NCBI GenBank assembly: GCA_030167865.1 | Contig: JALAGF010004520.1 | Coordinates: 1 to 58,055 of the forward strand | Source of the DNA: Craspedostauros australis | Lineage: Eukaryota | DNA length: 58,055 nucleotides | Direction: 5' to 3' | Shown: piece after piece, positions 20,601-34,764 of the stretch | Layout: each line of letters begins with the position of its first letter | Numbering within the stretch: position 1 is the first letter of the stretch | Made by a program: the position numbers and the translations under genes | The notes under the pieces: model-generated | Told to the model about the DNA's origin: nothing | Seen by the model: the letters and a program-made list of their open reading frames with translations, nothing else | Databases searched by the model: none

Positions 20601-23600
20601 ATCTCAAATGAGGTAAGCAAAAATGCACGGCACGGAATGAAAAATACCGGGCACGAATGTTCCTGGCTGTGGCAATGAGTGCAGCGTGGCCACCGCTGCT
20701 GCGCCGTTGTCGCATTGAATTGATTTGGCTTGGCTAGGCTTGATCAATCTCTCTGTATTTCGCCACCAGTCCCTCTCCGTAGCACTGCGCCACAGGCTAA
20801 CGCCACTGTTTTTTGTTTTCCTTTTTTGCGTTCCATTCCCTCTCTCCCTGCGTCACTTTTTGTACATCTTGGGCATTGTCATACTCTACTCTACTAAAAT
20901 TATGATCTTCCACATGTCATACTCGTGTGGCCTGTCCCAATTCTCATCCTCTCCGCGCCTTCTTGACACAGAATGACGAGATCGTCATTAGCAATGAGCG
21001 CTTCCTATCGAGACGAGCAGAGGTTTGCCGAGTGGCGTGCGACATCGTCGTGAGGAAATCTCGCTCCGGGCCGTCGTTGCTTCCGTCCATGCTGGTGGGA
21101 GGGTTCGGCGAAGGAGTGGTCGCAGCATCGCTTCGGCTTGCCTTGGCCATCGCGCACAACGGCAACAAGGAACAGCACTCCAAGCTGGCGTCATCCGGAA
21201 TCCTGGTTCCCATCAGCGACCTTCTCAGAGTCGCGCTCTCGAAGGGACAGCTCTACAACTTTTCGGCGGCGCTTGCCCTTGTAAAGTTCTGCGGACCCTA
21301 CGTGACGGTCGGCACGGGAGGCGAAACCCAGGCGATCAAGAATTCCATCGCCGTGGTGACGAACATGCTCAACCTTCCCATCAACCCCGCTGCAAGCGCG
21401 GAGCAAAAGAAGACACAGGGTGCGCTGAAAGCCCAGTGCATCAAGACATTGGAATCTCTCAGCCGCAACGCCTCCCTTTGGAGCACAATCTCGAGCGATG
21501 CCTTGCCATCCATTGTGCAATACCTCAACGGCATTTCCCTCGGAACTGATAGCAACGAAGGCAACGACGAGGCATATTGCTCAGCCCTCCGTGCTGTTCG
21601 CGAAATCGTGCAAGTGCCATCCAACGCCGTGGCAGCCGCGCAAGCTGGTCTGGCCGTGTCCGTCGGGAAATTGCTTCAGAAATTGGTGTTGAGCGACGAG
21701 CCCATGTCAACTAGCGGAGGGCCGGAGGTGGATTCCCAGGCAATCCAGCTGGATGCCGTGGCCGTCCTGTGCTCCATGCTGCTGAACGCCGAGGCTCGTC
21801 GATATTGCTCCACAGCAGACGGCGGCATCTTGGCATCCATCTGCTCAGTTATGGAATCGCTCCGATACGCAGCAGAGGTTGACTCGCCAGGTGCAGCAGC
21901 ATCGTCGCTGCCGTTAATGTGCATGGAGGTCCTGCACGTTCTGCTGGAAGACCTCCGATCGCCGGACGGCAGCTTGAAGCTCCAGGGCCCCGGGGCTGCT
22001 GTGTTCATCCGCACCTTGGTCGGACGTCCGGGATTCCTCAAGATGCTGTGCGCAACTCTGCTGCTGAAGACTGGCATGCAAATTCGACAACACGATGGGG
22101 CGGATGGCGATTCAGTCCTCCCCATCCCTGATCTGTACGGCGTTCCAATCAAGTCCTCCACAAACGATCCCTGCCGTGGCTTCACGAACGTGGGCGAGGC
22201 ATCTGACGCCTTCTTGTTCACGTCTTGCGTGCTTGCCTCATCGCAGGAATCTTCAGACGCGAGCGACTTTTGGTCCATCATCTTCGAGCCAGACGTCGGG
22301 GCACCGCAGGATGAGAACGCAGACGTTGCCATGACGTTCTGTGCCATGTTCCTTTCCTTGGTGCACAGCGGCTACGTCCCATTCAACGACGAATCGAAGC
22401 CAACAAACGAAATCGAGCGTTCCCTGGTATCGTATCGGTTGCTGGAAACCCTGCAGCGATTGCTGTCCGGCCTGCCGAAGCACGATATCAGCGGGGAGTA
22501 CGACTTTGGCTCGTTTATCGTATCGATGCTGATTCAACTCAACGCTCCCGCCGTCTGTCTCTCGTCGTGCAAGGACCAGGCGCTGCTTCCGCTCGCATTT
22601 GGAACCTTGAGAACCATCATGTCGACGCCTGATGAGGAGATGGTCCCATTGCTGATCGAGAACAAGCAATCCGCCCTCTCCTTGTTCGATCTCCTGAATC
22701 TGCAGGTCAGCGATGGTCACGGCGTCGAGGCATCCGATGTCCAAAGCTTCATCGCGGACGCATTGGAGAAGCTTTCCAAGAATGGAATGTTGAAGGCAGC
22801 GACCATCCGATTCGGCATCCGCAGCCAAGCCATCAGCGGCCTGGCCGCGGCCTGCATCCGCGATCAGTCTCACATTATTGGCGAAGACCTTACATCCAGC
22901 AGCCTTTCCAGCGGATTGATGCAGTGCCTCGTGGACCTGTGCACGTACGAAGGCGAGGGCATCGTCCTGACATCGATCGAGGCGCAAGCTATCGCGAAGA
23001 GTTTGGGGAAGAAGATTTGTCACATGGTGATCTCGCGCTTCTTGGAGCGTGCGAAGCTGACTCAGTATGACATCGAGCAGCACGATGACATGCTGGAGGC
23101 TCCTGACATTGCGATGCTCTGTGCCATTGCACAGCACGAGAATGGTCTGAAGGAGCTGCGAACCCTCGGGGGTTTCCATGCCCTCGCTCTCGTAGCGGGC
23201 GAAGGTGAGCTCATGGCACTGCATGCCCTTGAGGCCGGATGTGCAGGCAACCCAGAGCTGCTGATGGAAGGTGAGACGTACGTGTCGTTGATGGCGCTCT
23301 TCTCCGAGGAAAGCCAACAAAAGGAGTGGTTCCAAGACGGCACCAAGCGAAACAAGGTGGAATCGATCGCGCTTCTGTTGCTCGCAAGCCTCGCCAAGAC
23401 ATCTGGCAAGGGGAGGAAGGCCGTAGCGGCAGCAAAAGCACTGCCGCAATGCATCGAACGAACGCTGGCAGTAGTTCGCACGAGAGCACCAGAAGTCGTC
23501 GCTGAAATCCAAAGCGCAACAAACGATGCCGACGAAGGCCCGACGATCAGCGATGATGGCAATGACGACGACAATGCCGACGATAAGGATGACACGCCTG

Positions 23601-24685
23601 TCGATGACGTCGAGAATTCCATGGACAAGATTTCTCTGGACAACAATGCCGACGACGACGACGACGACAATGAGAGTGAAGAAAGAAAGCCGGCTCCATC
23701 TACAGGCTTGAACCAGGCAGGGGGCGACAGTGAGCCCACCACAACCTCGTCGACCATACCAGCAGTCACTTCCTCTCCTGGCACAAAGGAGGTCTTCAGC
23801 GACGATGTTCTTGTGGCATCACTCCAGTTCCTTGTTGCAATAGTTCAATCGAGGGCTGGCTTGCATGATTCGTTGATCCAGGATGGCCGCTTCGTGGCGG
23901 CGTGCGATGAAATCGTCAAGAGCAAGACGGAATCTGGTCCCATTACCGTGGCAACCATCGAACTGGTCTCGACCCTCGCGGAGTTCGTCACGGACGATTC
24001 GATGCTGTCTACGTCTCGCTGCGTCGAGTTCTTTGGCGAAGTGCTTCAAGAAGATATCCGCCCAGGCGCAGGTGCAGGTGCAGGCACAGATGGGGATGCT
24101 GTGAAGCCAGACGATCCCTTCTGCTTGCACACGTCTGCGATGCTCGGAATGCAGGTGCTCTTTGGTACCATGTCGCCAGCCGAAATGAAATCCTCGGCAA
24201 GCATCGTCAGTCGTCGACTGGCGAAGTTGATCCGTGGCCAGTCCATTCCAAAGAGCACAGCGAGTCCATCCTGGAACAAGGGAAGCGGCCAACTGGCGTT
24301 CACCATGACGTCGTTCTTGCTGCGATTGGCTGGATCCCGAACGGATCTTTTCGACAAGAGCACGGTGAATAGCATGGCAAACATCGTCCAATGGCGTGTT
24401 GATCCCAAATCGAGCATCCATGCCGAAGATCAGGCCCATTGGGATGCGGCTGTGACCCAGAGTTTGCAGATCATGGACTTCCTGTTCAATGCCAACAGAT
24501 CCATTCCATCCAAGTCGGGCCTACGAGTCGAATTCGCGACGAAGGCGGTGTTGATGATCGCTAAGCCAGGCAAGGCACCACGCCAATCCGTGAATCTCCT
24601 GTCGGCTCTCGAGTACATTTCCGCGAAGGGAGAATCCATCAGCAGAGTTCTTGCAGCAGCGCTCCTCACACGTATTCGCGCATAA
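17676..24685 (+). CDS. Large WW-WW-FYVE plus ARM/HEAT-like helical protein, ~2216 aa; exons 17676-20612, 20972-24685
   Basis: Two WW domains (GWVKSLDPNTGRPFYANHVTRKTQWDPP; LPSNWEMMTDPTTGKPFYVDHERKITQWTRP) and a FYVE finger (CPQC..RRHHCRLCGDVFCDNCS..RVCDLC), followed by long Leu/Ala-rich helical repeats. Phase-0 GT-AG intron. Confidence 0.9.
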
Positions 24686-24992
24686 GACCCAGCATCCCAA
24701 TCGGCAAGAACATATCATTACAAGCATAAGTAAACACTACTATTCATATCATTCGCGTACAACATATGCTCTGCACTATATCTGTTACAATGCCCTTTTT
24801 CATCTCCCTCGGGTAGACCGGAGCAGGTGGGGTGCCGACATTTGAATACAGACTGCGCCATACATACGATGCATATGTACCAAATCCGCGTGCGCTCGCG
24901 CAATCCTGCAAAGCAACGTGGGTAGCTGACGTATGCATGTATGTATGCACGTGCGGACGAAGCGCAATTGATCCAACTGAAGCATTTGCAGA

Positions 24993-27251
24993 CTACGACG
25001 CGAACTTTCGGCTGCGACTGATCTTGCTCTTGATTCCGGTCTCCTCTCCGCCGTACTTGTGCGCCTCGTTTGTTCGGATGTCGCGCACCGCACCCTTCCT
25101 TCGGATCAGAGCCTTTCGGTACTGCTCGCGCTTCTTCACACGAGGGTTTCGGTTGATCTTCGCCTTGTGCGGTACCAAACCTCTGTTCTTCATGATCGTC
25201 CTACCAATAGCTCGCTCGCCTGCCACTTGCGCTTCGACGCGTGGGTATTTGGGAGCGACTTCGTATGCTTGCTTCTTGGATCTCTTCTTCTCCCTGCTTC
25301 GTTTGTTCGCTCGCTCGTAGAAGCCGTCGGTCTCGCCGTCACCTGACTCGCCTCGTCCATTCTTCTTTCTGGAGCCAGCTGGTCCACTTGACTCACCTCC
25401 ATCTTCCGGCTTTTCCATGAGCACATCGTCGATGAGTTTCAGCGCATCACGTGTCTCTGAGTCGTCCACAGGATCATCCAAGGTTTCTGGCGCTGGCGCA
25501 AGCCTGCGTTTCCTGCTTGCTCTTCTCTGTTCCATCGCATTGATCGTCGCGGTGAACCCAGTGTTGGAGCGTTCGTTTCGAGTGTCATCGTCAAGTTCGG
25601 CAAAGTCCCCAACGTCCAACGCCATGGCGCGGGATTTGGTGGCTTTCGTCGTGCGGATCTGGATTTCATGCTGGCGCAAACCAAACATGGATTCGTTCTT
25701 CGAATTGAGCTTCTGCTTTGATTTGGACTTGGTTGCGACAGCACTCTTGCGGGCGGCGGCGGCTTGTTGTGACGGCGACGATGCACCAAACTTTGTGCTT
25801 GGAGGCTCTGCATTTGCATCCGTATTCGCAGCAACGGGCGATGTGTCCACCTGCGCGTCCTCGGGTTGCTCGGGGGCATCGTCGCTGTTCTCAGTGGAAG
25901 AGGCATCAGGTTCTTCGTCTACGTCACTTGCTCCGTGCATCAGCTTTTCTGCCTTGACGAGATTTCCGATCTCATTTTCCAGATTTGGGATTTCGTCCTC
26001 CATCGCAGAGAGCTTCTGGACGATCGTGTTGAGCTGTTGCAGACGCAGCAGAACTGGGTGTGAATGAACCTGCGACGCTCCCGATTGTCTGGCGATCTTG
26101 GCGTCGGAGGCCTTGACCAGCAGGTACATGGACACGTTCAGCGCCAGAGCAGTTTGGAGCAATTTCTTCGTGGTCATGAACTGCCTGCCGGACGTCGACG
26201 TGCCGATGGCCTGCGCATGGACATGGATATGCGTTTCACAGTATGTAGTATTGGCACACACCCAGATACGGAGAGGGAGCACCAACAAAGTCGACGATCC
26301 GTCCAAGTAATGGGTCAGCAGAGGGGACCAGAGAAGAGGAAGACACGGGCAACAATATGCAGAGATGGTGAGAATCCGTCGGTGTTCTGCACATGGTCTT
26401 CCACAAGCGCATGCTCAATATGCACCGTTGGAGTACGAGCTGCAGTACTGTCGTTCGCCAACCAAGCGAGATGGCTGTGGGGTTAAGATATATTCAGCGT
26501 TCATCTCGTAGGATGTTAATTTTGGCTTCATTCTTCTGGCATCACTTTTCTGCTCGATCCTCACGGAGCACAATTGGTGCTCTAGGTTCAAGCCTATCAT
26601 GGATGCGTTGTGTGGTCTGCAACATGAAAGCATGATGTATGACATGTGTGTCAATACACCGTCGCGGCCCTGGTGCATACATCACTTACCTCCAATGTTT
26701 TGCTGTCGCTGCCCAGAACGACCCTGGCCGCAACATCAAAGTTGGACCTGGAGTTTTGGAAGACGTCTGCGAAGAAGTCCACGATGGGAAGGAGCTCACT
26801 GTGCTGCTTCTGCAGCAGCTTTCGCACCTTCTGCTTCGACAGCTTGCCGATGTCTCGCTTTGCCTGGAGGTCGTCTGTCGACAGTTCCTGCGAGGCTGTC
26901 TGCTTGCCCCCGTCGCCGCGCACTCGCTCTTCGCCCTCCTCGTCGCTGTCGGAGAGCATGTAATCATCCTCGCGCATTTGCTTGAGACGCGCTGCTTCGA
27001 CTTCTTTGGCAGCCTCCTCTTCGAGGAAGGCATCCTCCTCGTCCTGTCCAATCTCGAGATCGGCGGTGTCTCCATGATAGTAGTCGGCCTTCCTCCTGCC
27101 CCAGCTGCGTGGGTCCGCGGCATCTTGCACCACGTCGCTGCTATCATCATCGTCGCTGTCAACGTCGTCGCTCATATCCGCAGACGATGAGTCCTCCTGA
27201 CGAGTGGTGGCGCGGCGCAGATCATCCGATTCATCATCATCTGATTCATCA

Positions 27252-27295
<44 letters not shown>

Positions 27296-27589
27296 CACGT
27301 CCACGTCACTGCCATCGCTGCTGCTGCTGCTTGCATCATCGTCGCCCATACCTAGATCCAGCACGGCCTCACGCGATCCGACCAGAGCATCGTCTTCTCT
27401 GTTGTTGGACTTGCCGCTATCCTGGAGCCGGATGAAGTCATCATCTCTGTCCTGGTGGAACGCCTCGATGGCTTCGATGGCATCCGGTGCGCGGCGTCGA
27501 CCGTTGCCGCCATCTTCGTCGTTGGGGTTTGGCCTGTTCTTGTACAGCGACTTGTCGCCCGTCTTGGCGGTGCCTCGTCTCTTGCCCAT
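24993..27589 (-). CDS. SAS10: Sas10/Utp3 small-subunit processome protein; exons 27589-26690, 26210-24993
   Basis: Acidic N-terminus, WGRRKADYY, HPVLLRL and the Sas10 C-terminal domain RAIGRTIMKNRGLVPHKAKINRNPRVKKREQY...YGGEETGIKSKISRSRKF. Confidence 0.93.
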
Positions 27590-28029
27590 GGCTGTCGAGG
27601 GTTGGATCGAGTCTCGTGCGTTGCAATGGAGTGAGCATCAGCACCGGCAACCGAAGAAGGTGTGGTTTGGTGATGTCCAGCTCCCGATCGGCACCCGCGC
27701 TCAGATCGCGGTTTGCGTACGTGCACATCAAAAGGCAGATCTTTCCATCTGTTTCGCGAATTCGGTTTCGCGGAATGGACAGGAGTAGTCCGTCTGGCCG
27801 TGTGCCCGTTCCTCTCCGCTGGCGCTAAAATTGAACGAAACTAGAACTCGAGTGCGCAACACACACGCGCAGGTGGAGTGCCGGCAGAGTGCAAGGAGAG
27901 AAGCAGGTGTATCTTCTGTTCTCGATAACCAAGGTACTCGTAATCTGTTCTACTATACTACTTTTTTGCATATTCTCATCATACTTTGCTTGCTGGGAGA
28001 GTACCACGAATGGAAACAGGACTTTGTGT

Positions 28030-31000
28030 TTATTTCTGTTGCTTTTCCATGATCATGAGGTTCTTGAAGTTCTCTATGGCCTCGTTGATGTCTGCGACCT
28101 TCTTCTTCAGGGACTCGGCCTTGTCCTTGTTCGCGGCCTTCAGCTGGTCGGGCACCTTGGACTCGTACTCCGGGGCTCCCATCTTCTTCTCCAGATTCTG
28201 GAGGGATGGCATGGTGCTCTTCAGCGTCTTGTTCAGTCTCGCGATCTCTGCTTCGAAGTCCACCATGCCTGCCAGGTCCATCAGCACCGTCAGGGAATCG
28301 TCCACGACGACGGTCCCCACGGACTTCGGGATGCTTGCCTCGTCGGGATTCACCTCGACCTTCGCGCCCTTTCCGAGCGTCTTCAGGTCATCCACCTGGG
28401 CTTTGGCGATCTCCTCGTCGGCTCCTGTCACTTTGACGAAGAAATGCGTCAGGTCCTTGTTGGCAATGTTGTACGCGGATCGCAGCGATCTGAACGCCTT
28501 GACGATCTTGAGCGTTGCGGCCATGGCTTGTTCGGCCTTGTCATCTGTGTACTTGTCTTCGCATTCTGGGTAGGCAGCCACCATGATCGACTCAGGTTCG
28601 CCCATCGTACCTCTGCCGGGAAGACGTTGCCAAAGCTCCTCAGTAACGAACGGCATCATGGGGTGCAGTAATCGAAGTCCCGCATCCATGGTCAACCACA
28701 ATGTTGCCTGCGCAGCCCAACGCCGCTGCTTGTTTTCGTCGCTGGTGTCTTTGATGACTGGCTTGATGGACTCTAGGTAGACGTCACACAGATCATCCAA
28801 CCAGAGCTGGTACGAAGCCTGCTGCGCGTCTCCGAAACGGTACGCGTCGAAGTGGCTGTTCACAACCTCGATGCCCTTCATGAGCCGCGAGACCATGAAC
28901 CGATCTCGGAGGCTCAATCCGTCGCTCGACATCAGATCGTCGAGGAGCGTTGCTGTCGGCGCGAAGCCTTCCACAAATTGCATGGCGAATCGCGTCGCAT
29001 TCCATAGCTTGTTGCAGAAGTTCCGGTACCCCACAACGCGCTTGACGTCAAGGTTGATATCCCGCCCTTGCACCGTGTAGGCCAGCAGACCAAATCGGAG
29101 CGCGTCGGATCCGCATTCCGGGATGCCGTTGGGGAATTCTTTCTCGTTGTTCTTCTTGGCGCGAGCAACTTCCTTTTTGGGAAGGTTTCCTCCATCCAAT
29201 CTGGTTTGGAGAGATTCCAGGGAACACCCGTGGATCATCTCCAGCGGATCAATGACGTTTCCAAGCGATTTGGACATCTTCCGTCCCTCCTTGTCTCTGA
29301 CCATCGCATGGAGGAAGACGGTGTGAAAGGGGAGAGTGTCGGTCAGCTCCAAGCCCATCATGACCATCCTTGCCACCCAGAAGAACAGGATGTCCAGTCC
29401 CGTTTCCAGCAACGACGTGGGGTAGAAAGCCTTGAGGTCATCGGTGTTCTCGGGCCAACCCATGACGGAGAATGGGAACAGACCAGAGGAGAACCAGGTG
29501 TCCAGGACATCTTCATCACGCTCCAGGTTGATGTCTTCTGCGGGGCAACCGAGACGGGTAACTGCCAACGCCATTGCATCCTGAAACCGAAAGCAGGTGA
29601 GAACAGTCGCGAGTGAATGGTTGGTCAAAGTCAGCAGCGAATGGTTGGCCATAGTCAACACCACATCACATCACAATTGGACAGACCCATGTGATGCATG
29701 CGCAAACATGAAACGTAACAGCATGGGATGATGTGGAGCAGAGCAAGGAGGCAAACGGCAAGCAACAGAGTTAGCGACAAGTCATGTGTATTGACGGCAA
29801 CTTGCTGGGGAAAGCCAAACGTTGACAACTGGAATCGCTCGAGCTGTTCGAACTCCTGGATGTGCTGATTGGTCGCGTTCATGTCAACCTAGATTCCAAC
29901 CAGAATGCTTTCGCATCGCCTTCGAAGAATGAAGACTGAGATCTGTGCGCCACCTTGCTGCGCCATAAAGTGCCCCATACCATGACATTCTGTGCTGCGA
30001 GTGACGGACTTACCTCTTCAGATCTTGCGACAATCCATCTGTCGTTGTTCTCCATGTCGAGTTTGTTGATATTCGATTCATCCTTCTTGGTTGCGAACCA
30101 AGCCGGGATTTGGTGACCCCACCAAAGCTGTCGGCTGATGCACCAGTCTCGGATGTTATCGAGCCATTGGAACCAGGTCTTTTCGTGGTCAGCAGGGACG
30201 ATTTTGAGATCACCGTTGCGCACGGCATCTGTGGAACGTTTTGCCATTGAGCTGCAGTTTACATACCACTGTGGTGTGATCATGGGCTCAAGAACATCTC
30301 CAGATCGAGAGCACAAGCCCAGACGCATCTTGTTGGGTTCCTTGCCCACGAACAATCCCTGTGGTTCGTGTTTTGTTTTGTTTTGGGGAAGAGGGAGTCG
30401 AGCAATGGAAGAGACGCGAAGCGTGCACAATGAGTTGTGAGTTTAACGAAAGGGAGGTTGGCAGCATTGCGCGGAAAGGATGATACATCAAATTGTCGCA
30501 CGACACATTATCTCAAATTGGATAATACATATCACCAGCGTGCACCATACACGCACATATAAAATACACAAAAATGGACAACATAATGTGCGTACCTTCT
30601 CCTTCAGCGCTTCTTCGACTGCCACACGAGCATCATACCGCATCATTCCGGTGAAAGGCTGACCGCGTTCATTGATGGCGCCGTCCGATGACAGAATAGT
30701 GATGAACTCCAGATCATGCCGCTTTCCGCATTCGTAATCATTCGGATCGTGCGCGGGGGTGATCTTCACTGCTCCTGTACCGAAGGACATGTCCACAAGT
30801 TCCTTGTCGGTGATGATTGGAATCTTTCTGTTGTTGAAGGGATGGATGACGAATTTCCCGTGCAAATGCTTGTACCTTTCATCGTCTGGATGGACGGCCA
30901 CAGCCGTGTCTCCCAGCATCGTCTCGAGACGAGTGGTGGCGACGGTGAGCTTCTCGTCGCTGTCTTCCACGGGATACGAGAAGGAGGTCAGCGTTCCGAA

Positions 31001-32780
31001 TTCGTAACGGCCCTTGGGATCCTTGACGTTTCCCTTGTGCGACTTGACCTCCAGGAAGGTGCGTCCTTCCAGATCGATGTAGTCCACTTCAATATCGGAG
31101 ATGGCGCTCTTCAATGCGCACGACCAGTTTCCCAGGCGGTTGGCACGGTAGAGCAATCCCTTTTCGTGAAATCGGTTGAATGCCTCGACGACGGCCTTGC
31201 TGAGGAGGTCGTCCATTGTGAATCTTTCGCGTGACCAATCGACGCTGACACCGAGAGACCGGAGCTGGCTCGTAATTCGGTTGCCGTACTCTCCCTTCCA
31301 TTCCCAGATCTTCTTGACGAAGTTCTCTCTGCCGAGGTCATGGCGATTCTTGCCTTCGTTCTTCATCAGCATCTTCTCCACGACGGACTGTGTGGCGATG
31401 CCCGCATGGTCGGTTCCTGAAGGATGCAGAAACGATGATCCGGAGCGAATCCGTCACCAATCAGCAGCCATCGACCCATTCCACGAAATCAATGCAATCG
31501 ACACCGACACGGTGGTTGTACATGTGAACGTAAGCGCATATGCAATTGGGGAAAATTGGAGGTTTGTTGGACATAAGAATAAGTCAGTAATCTGGATGAA
31601 AGGCATTCGCGACTTATGCGAGCGTCGAAGATAATGAAATCCACTTCAATATTGCACGGAGCCGATTGCCAATTCTCTCGCACTAATAGCAAGGTTGGCT
31701 GCCCAGAGGACCCATACGTTCGACCCACAGTTGGTGGGGACAAAATACATGCTTATACATATGCGTATACATATGGATGTATGTACATGAATGTATGTAT
31801 GAGCATGTGTGCTCATTGATTGACTTACCTGGTACGTAGAGCGTCGAATGTCCTTTCATTCTATGCCAGCGCGTGAGCGTGTCTTCCACCGCGGCCGTGA
31901 GTGCGTGTCCAAGATGAAGGCTTCCCGTGACATTGGGTGGTGGGATGACCATGATGAACTTTTCGCTGGCGGGCCTACCCATGGCCTTCGAGGCGTCCCC
32001 TTTGTAATAGCCCGAGGCCTCCCACCAGTCCTGCCAGGCGGCTTCTACGGCCGCGGGATGGTAGGCGTCTGCCATGGGCAGCTCGGAGAGATCCTTCTTT
32101 TCGCCCTTCGGGGTCGTGTTCTGGAAGACAGGCTTCGGAGGCGCCTGCTTCTTGGCCTGCTTGGCCTTGCCCGTTCCCCATTGTGGCTTTTCCTTCTTCT
32201 TGCCTTTGCCCTTGGCCAGCTTCTTGAGCTGGTTCTTCGACAGCTTCTTTTCGCCTGTTCCGGCATCAGCAGCCCCCGCGACTGGCGGAGGTGTCTGGAG
32301 ATCCGAGCCATGCAGATGTGTGGTTGTGGGAGTGATCGCACCAACAGAGTAGAGCAGAGGTAATGCAGCACAGAGTGGATTGGGATAACAGATTGGTATA
32401 ATAGGTTGGTGGAGAAGGAGAGCATGGCGAATGAGTGAGTGATCAACAATACTTTGTGGAGTTTCGCCAAGGATTGGGACGTGCGCGATCCAGGCGTCAT
32501 CGCGCACATCCCTGTTGCAGCTCCTTGCGTTGGCGATCTGGCGAAAAGCAGCGATCGCAGCAACGTCGGATTCCACGGCATTGCGCTTGTCGTCGCTGAC
32601 ATTGCCTGCGAATGTGATGATGGCATGAGTCGTCATCTCGACCAAGAATGCAGCGCACGCGCACTGTCGCGTTGGCTCGTTTCGCTTGCAGCCACAGTTG
32701 CATCGCAGCACAGGCGCCCACAGGCACCCACATGAGCCTTCACTTCAACTCACTTCGTCCTTCTTTTGCTCTGTGGACAT
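28030..32780 (-). CDS. VARS: Valyl-tRNA synthetase (cytosolic type); exons 32780-32754, 32294-31829, 31416-30596, 30358-30014, 29580-28030
   Basis: [15 protein letters not shown] (HIGH), [35 protein letters not shown] and a C-terminal coiled coil. All junctions are GT-AG and in frame. The 27-nt first exon is the least certain part. Confidence 0.96.
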
Positions 32781-33532
32781 GACTACAAACAATGGTGGAG
32801 TAGGTCGCAGGGTGTTCTGACGGACGTGGAGAGGTTCACTCGAGATCGTGATGGTTTGATTGTGGATGCAGAGTTGTGGCAGCCTGGGGAGGAGGTCTCG
32901 GATCTGGACCACAAACGAGACGCGTTCTGACACCAACAACGACTGATGGCGCTCGTTCATCGCAACAAACACCGCACAAAACAACACAACACGATGCAGC
33001 ACGCGCGGCCAGTGATGAAAAAGATCTCACGTTTCGCAATCCAAACCTGCGTGCGGGCAAACGTGCGACGTGCAGACAGGCGCGCCGTCTGCAAACGCCA
33101 GCCACAGGAATGGTCTTGACGCTTTCGCCCGGAATGGGGCTGAATGGAGGTGTCTGCGCAAGTAGCTCGCGCTGAAGGGATAGTATTACGATCTATAACA
33201 GGTATCAGTTGAGGACCATGCTCGTACTATACTATATGAAGCTATTGTAGAGTACAGGTGGTTACTCCATGACCTATCGATAGAGAGTATTAGTCGCATG
33301 TGTTTTTATTCTGCTTGCAGAGAACACATCTGTCGTCGTATAGCACACCTCGACTAATACACCAACCATACTCTAATCGTACTCGTCGCACAGTATCATG
33401 TCAGCAGCCTTGGGGAATATCGTGACGTGCCATCAAAGCATAACAAGCCGAGAAGAGTGCGCCCCATGTCATGTTGTGTCATACCATATCATAGCAAGGA
33501 TGTAGAGTGCTCTACTCCAAGGTAGTGTCTCT

Positions 33533-34764
33533 CTAGTTGTTCGATGGCCGGACGGCGATGTTACGTCCGTTCACGGAGGCACCGTCCAGCAACTCGATGG
33601 CCTTCTCACCGCCTTCCTTCGTGCGCATCGTGATGAACCCAAAACCGCGGTTCCTGCCCTCATCGTCGCGCACCAGAGAAACTTCACCGACATCGCCCGC
33701 CTCCGAAAAGGCCTCCTGCATGTCCTGCTCCGTGCAGGTGAACGCGATGTTGCCAACATACAGCTTCATTTCGCCAACGAACTTGGGAGATCTGCCCTCC
33801 TCGATGTTGTTCGCGATGCGCTGTAGGTCGGTCTCCGGCAGATCGATAATCTCGAATCCACCATTCATGTTCGATAACCGATCCTTCGACTGGTACCACG
33901 TGTGCCCGCACACGGAGCATTCCAACCGTCTGCGCACGTATCATCGGGTGTATCGAGTGTTCCGCGCAGCGTAGTTTCAAATTTGTGTCATGAATCAATT
34001 GATTGATAGGTGGATTATTCATTCATTCATTTATCCATGCGTGCATGCATTCATCCATGTGCATGGCATCCACGGATTCATTTCGGCAGAACAATTTGCA
34101 GAACGTAGGCGAGCGAAATCATTTGTGAGTACCAGAGCATGGGAAGAAGTCATAGAGCGGAGTAGTCCTTATGTACGCAGCCAACTGTGGAGAAGTCAGC
34201 ACCAACATCAAATCATGTATGCTTGCGTCCATCACATTTCGCAATGCACGCAACTGCTGCAATGGGTGGAATGCTGCGCAATGCTCTCCCATGATTGCAT
34301 ATGTCTCCACGCAGAGAGTGAATGGTGGCAACAGTAGTAGAGTAGTACCGTTCATAACACAACATAACATTGCATGCAGGTGTCATGAAGGCATCCATCA
34401 AGAGCACGGCATGACATCGCGTTGGATCATACAGCGCATGCATCATGAAAATCGATCGATACTTGCGCATCTCTCTCACATACCTTCCGCGTCCGTTGCC
34501 CAGATCATCCGGCGCCAGCGCGAAGGATGTATCACAGCGTCCGCAGCGGGCGTAGGTCGATGGCATATCGATGCTGACACCGTACTTGGACTGCGTCGTC
34601 GCATCCGTGTTGGCAGCAGGCGCAGGCGCAGGCGTTTCGCTGGCGTCGGCCATTCTCAGCGTGGTGCCCACAACATTCCTGTGGGTCACGAATGCGGCGC
34701 ACGGCGGGGCCCCGAAGCCGCAGACCGCGAGGAGGACGGCCGCAATTGCAGTGTGCTTGAACAT
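33533..34764 (-). CDS. Plastid-targeted zinc-ribbon (MJ0042-finger-like) plus RRM RNA-binding protein; exons 34764-34484, 33929-33533
   Basis: Signal peptide ends CAA-F. The ribbon CGRC-x-CSVCGHTW is split by the intron. The RRM has RNP2 LYVGNI and RNP1 RGFGFITM. Confidence 0.88.

Noticed and set aside
27230-27300. (GTC)n tract giving poly-Arg and poly-Ser ORFs
   Set aside because: It is the poly-Asp segment of Sas10 read in other frames.
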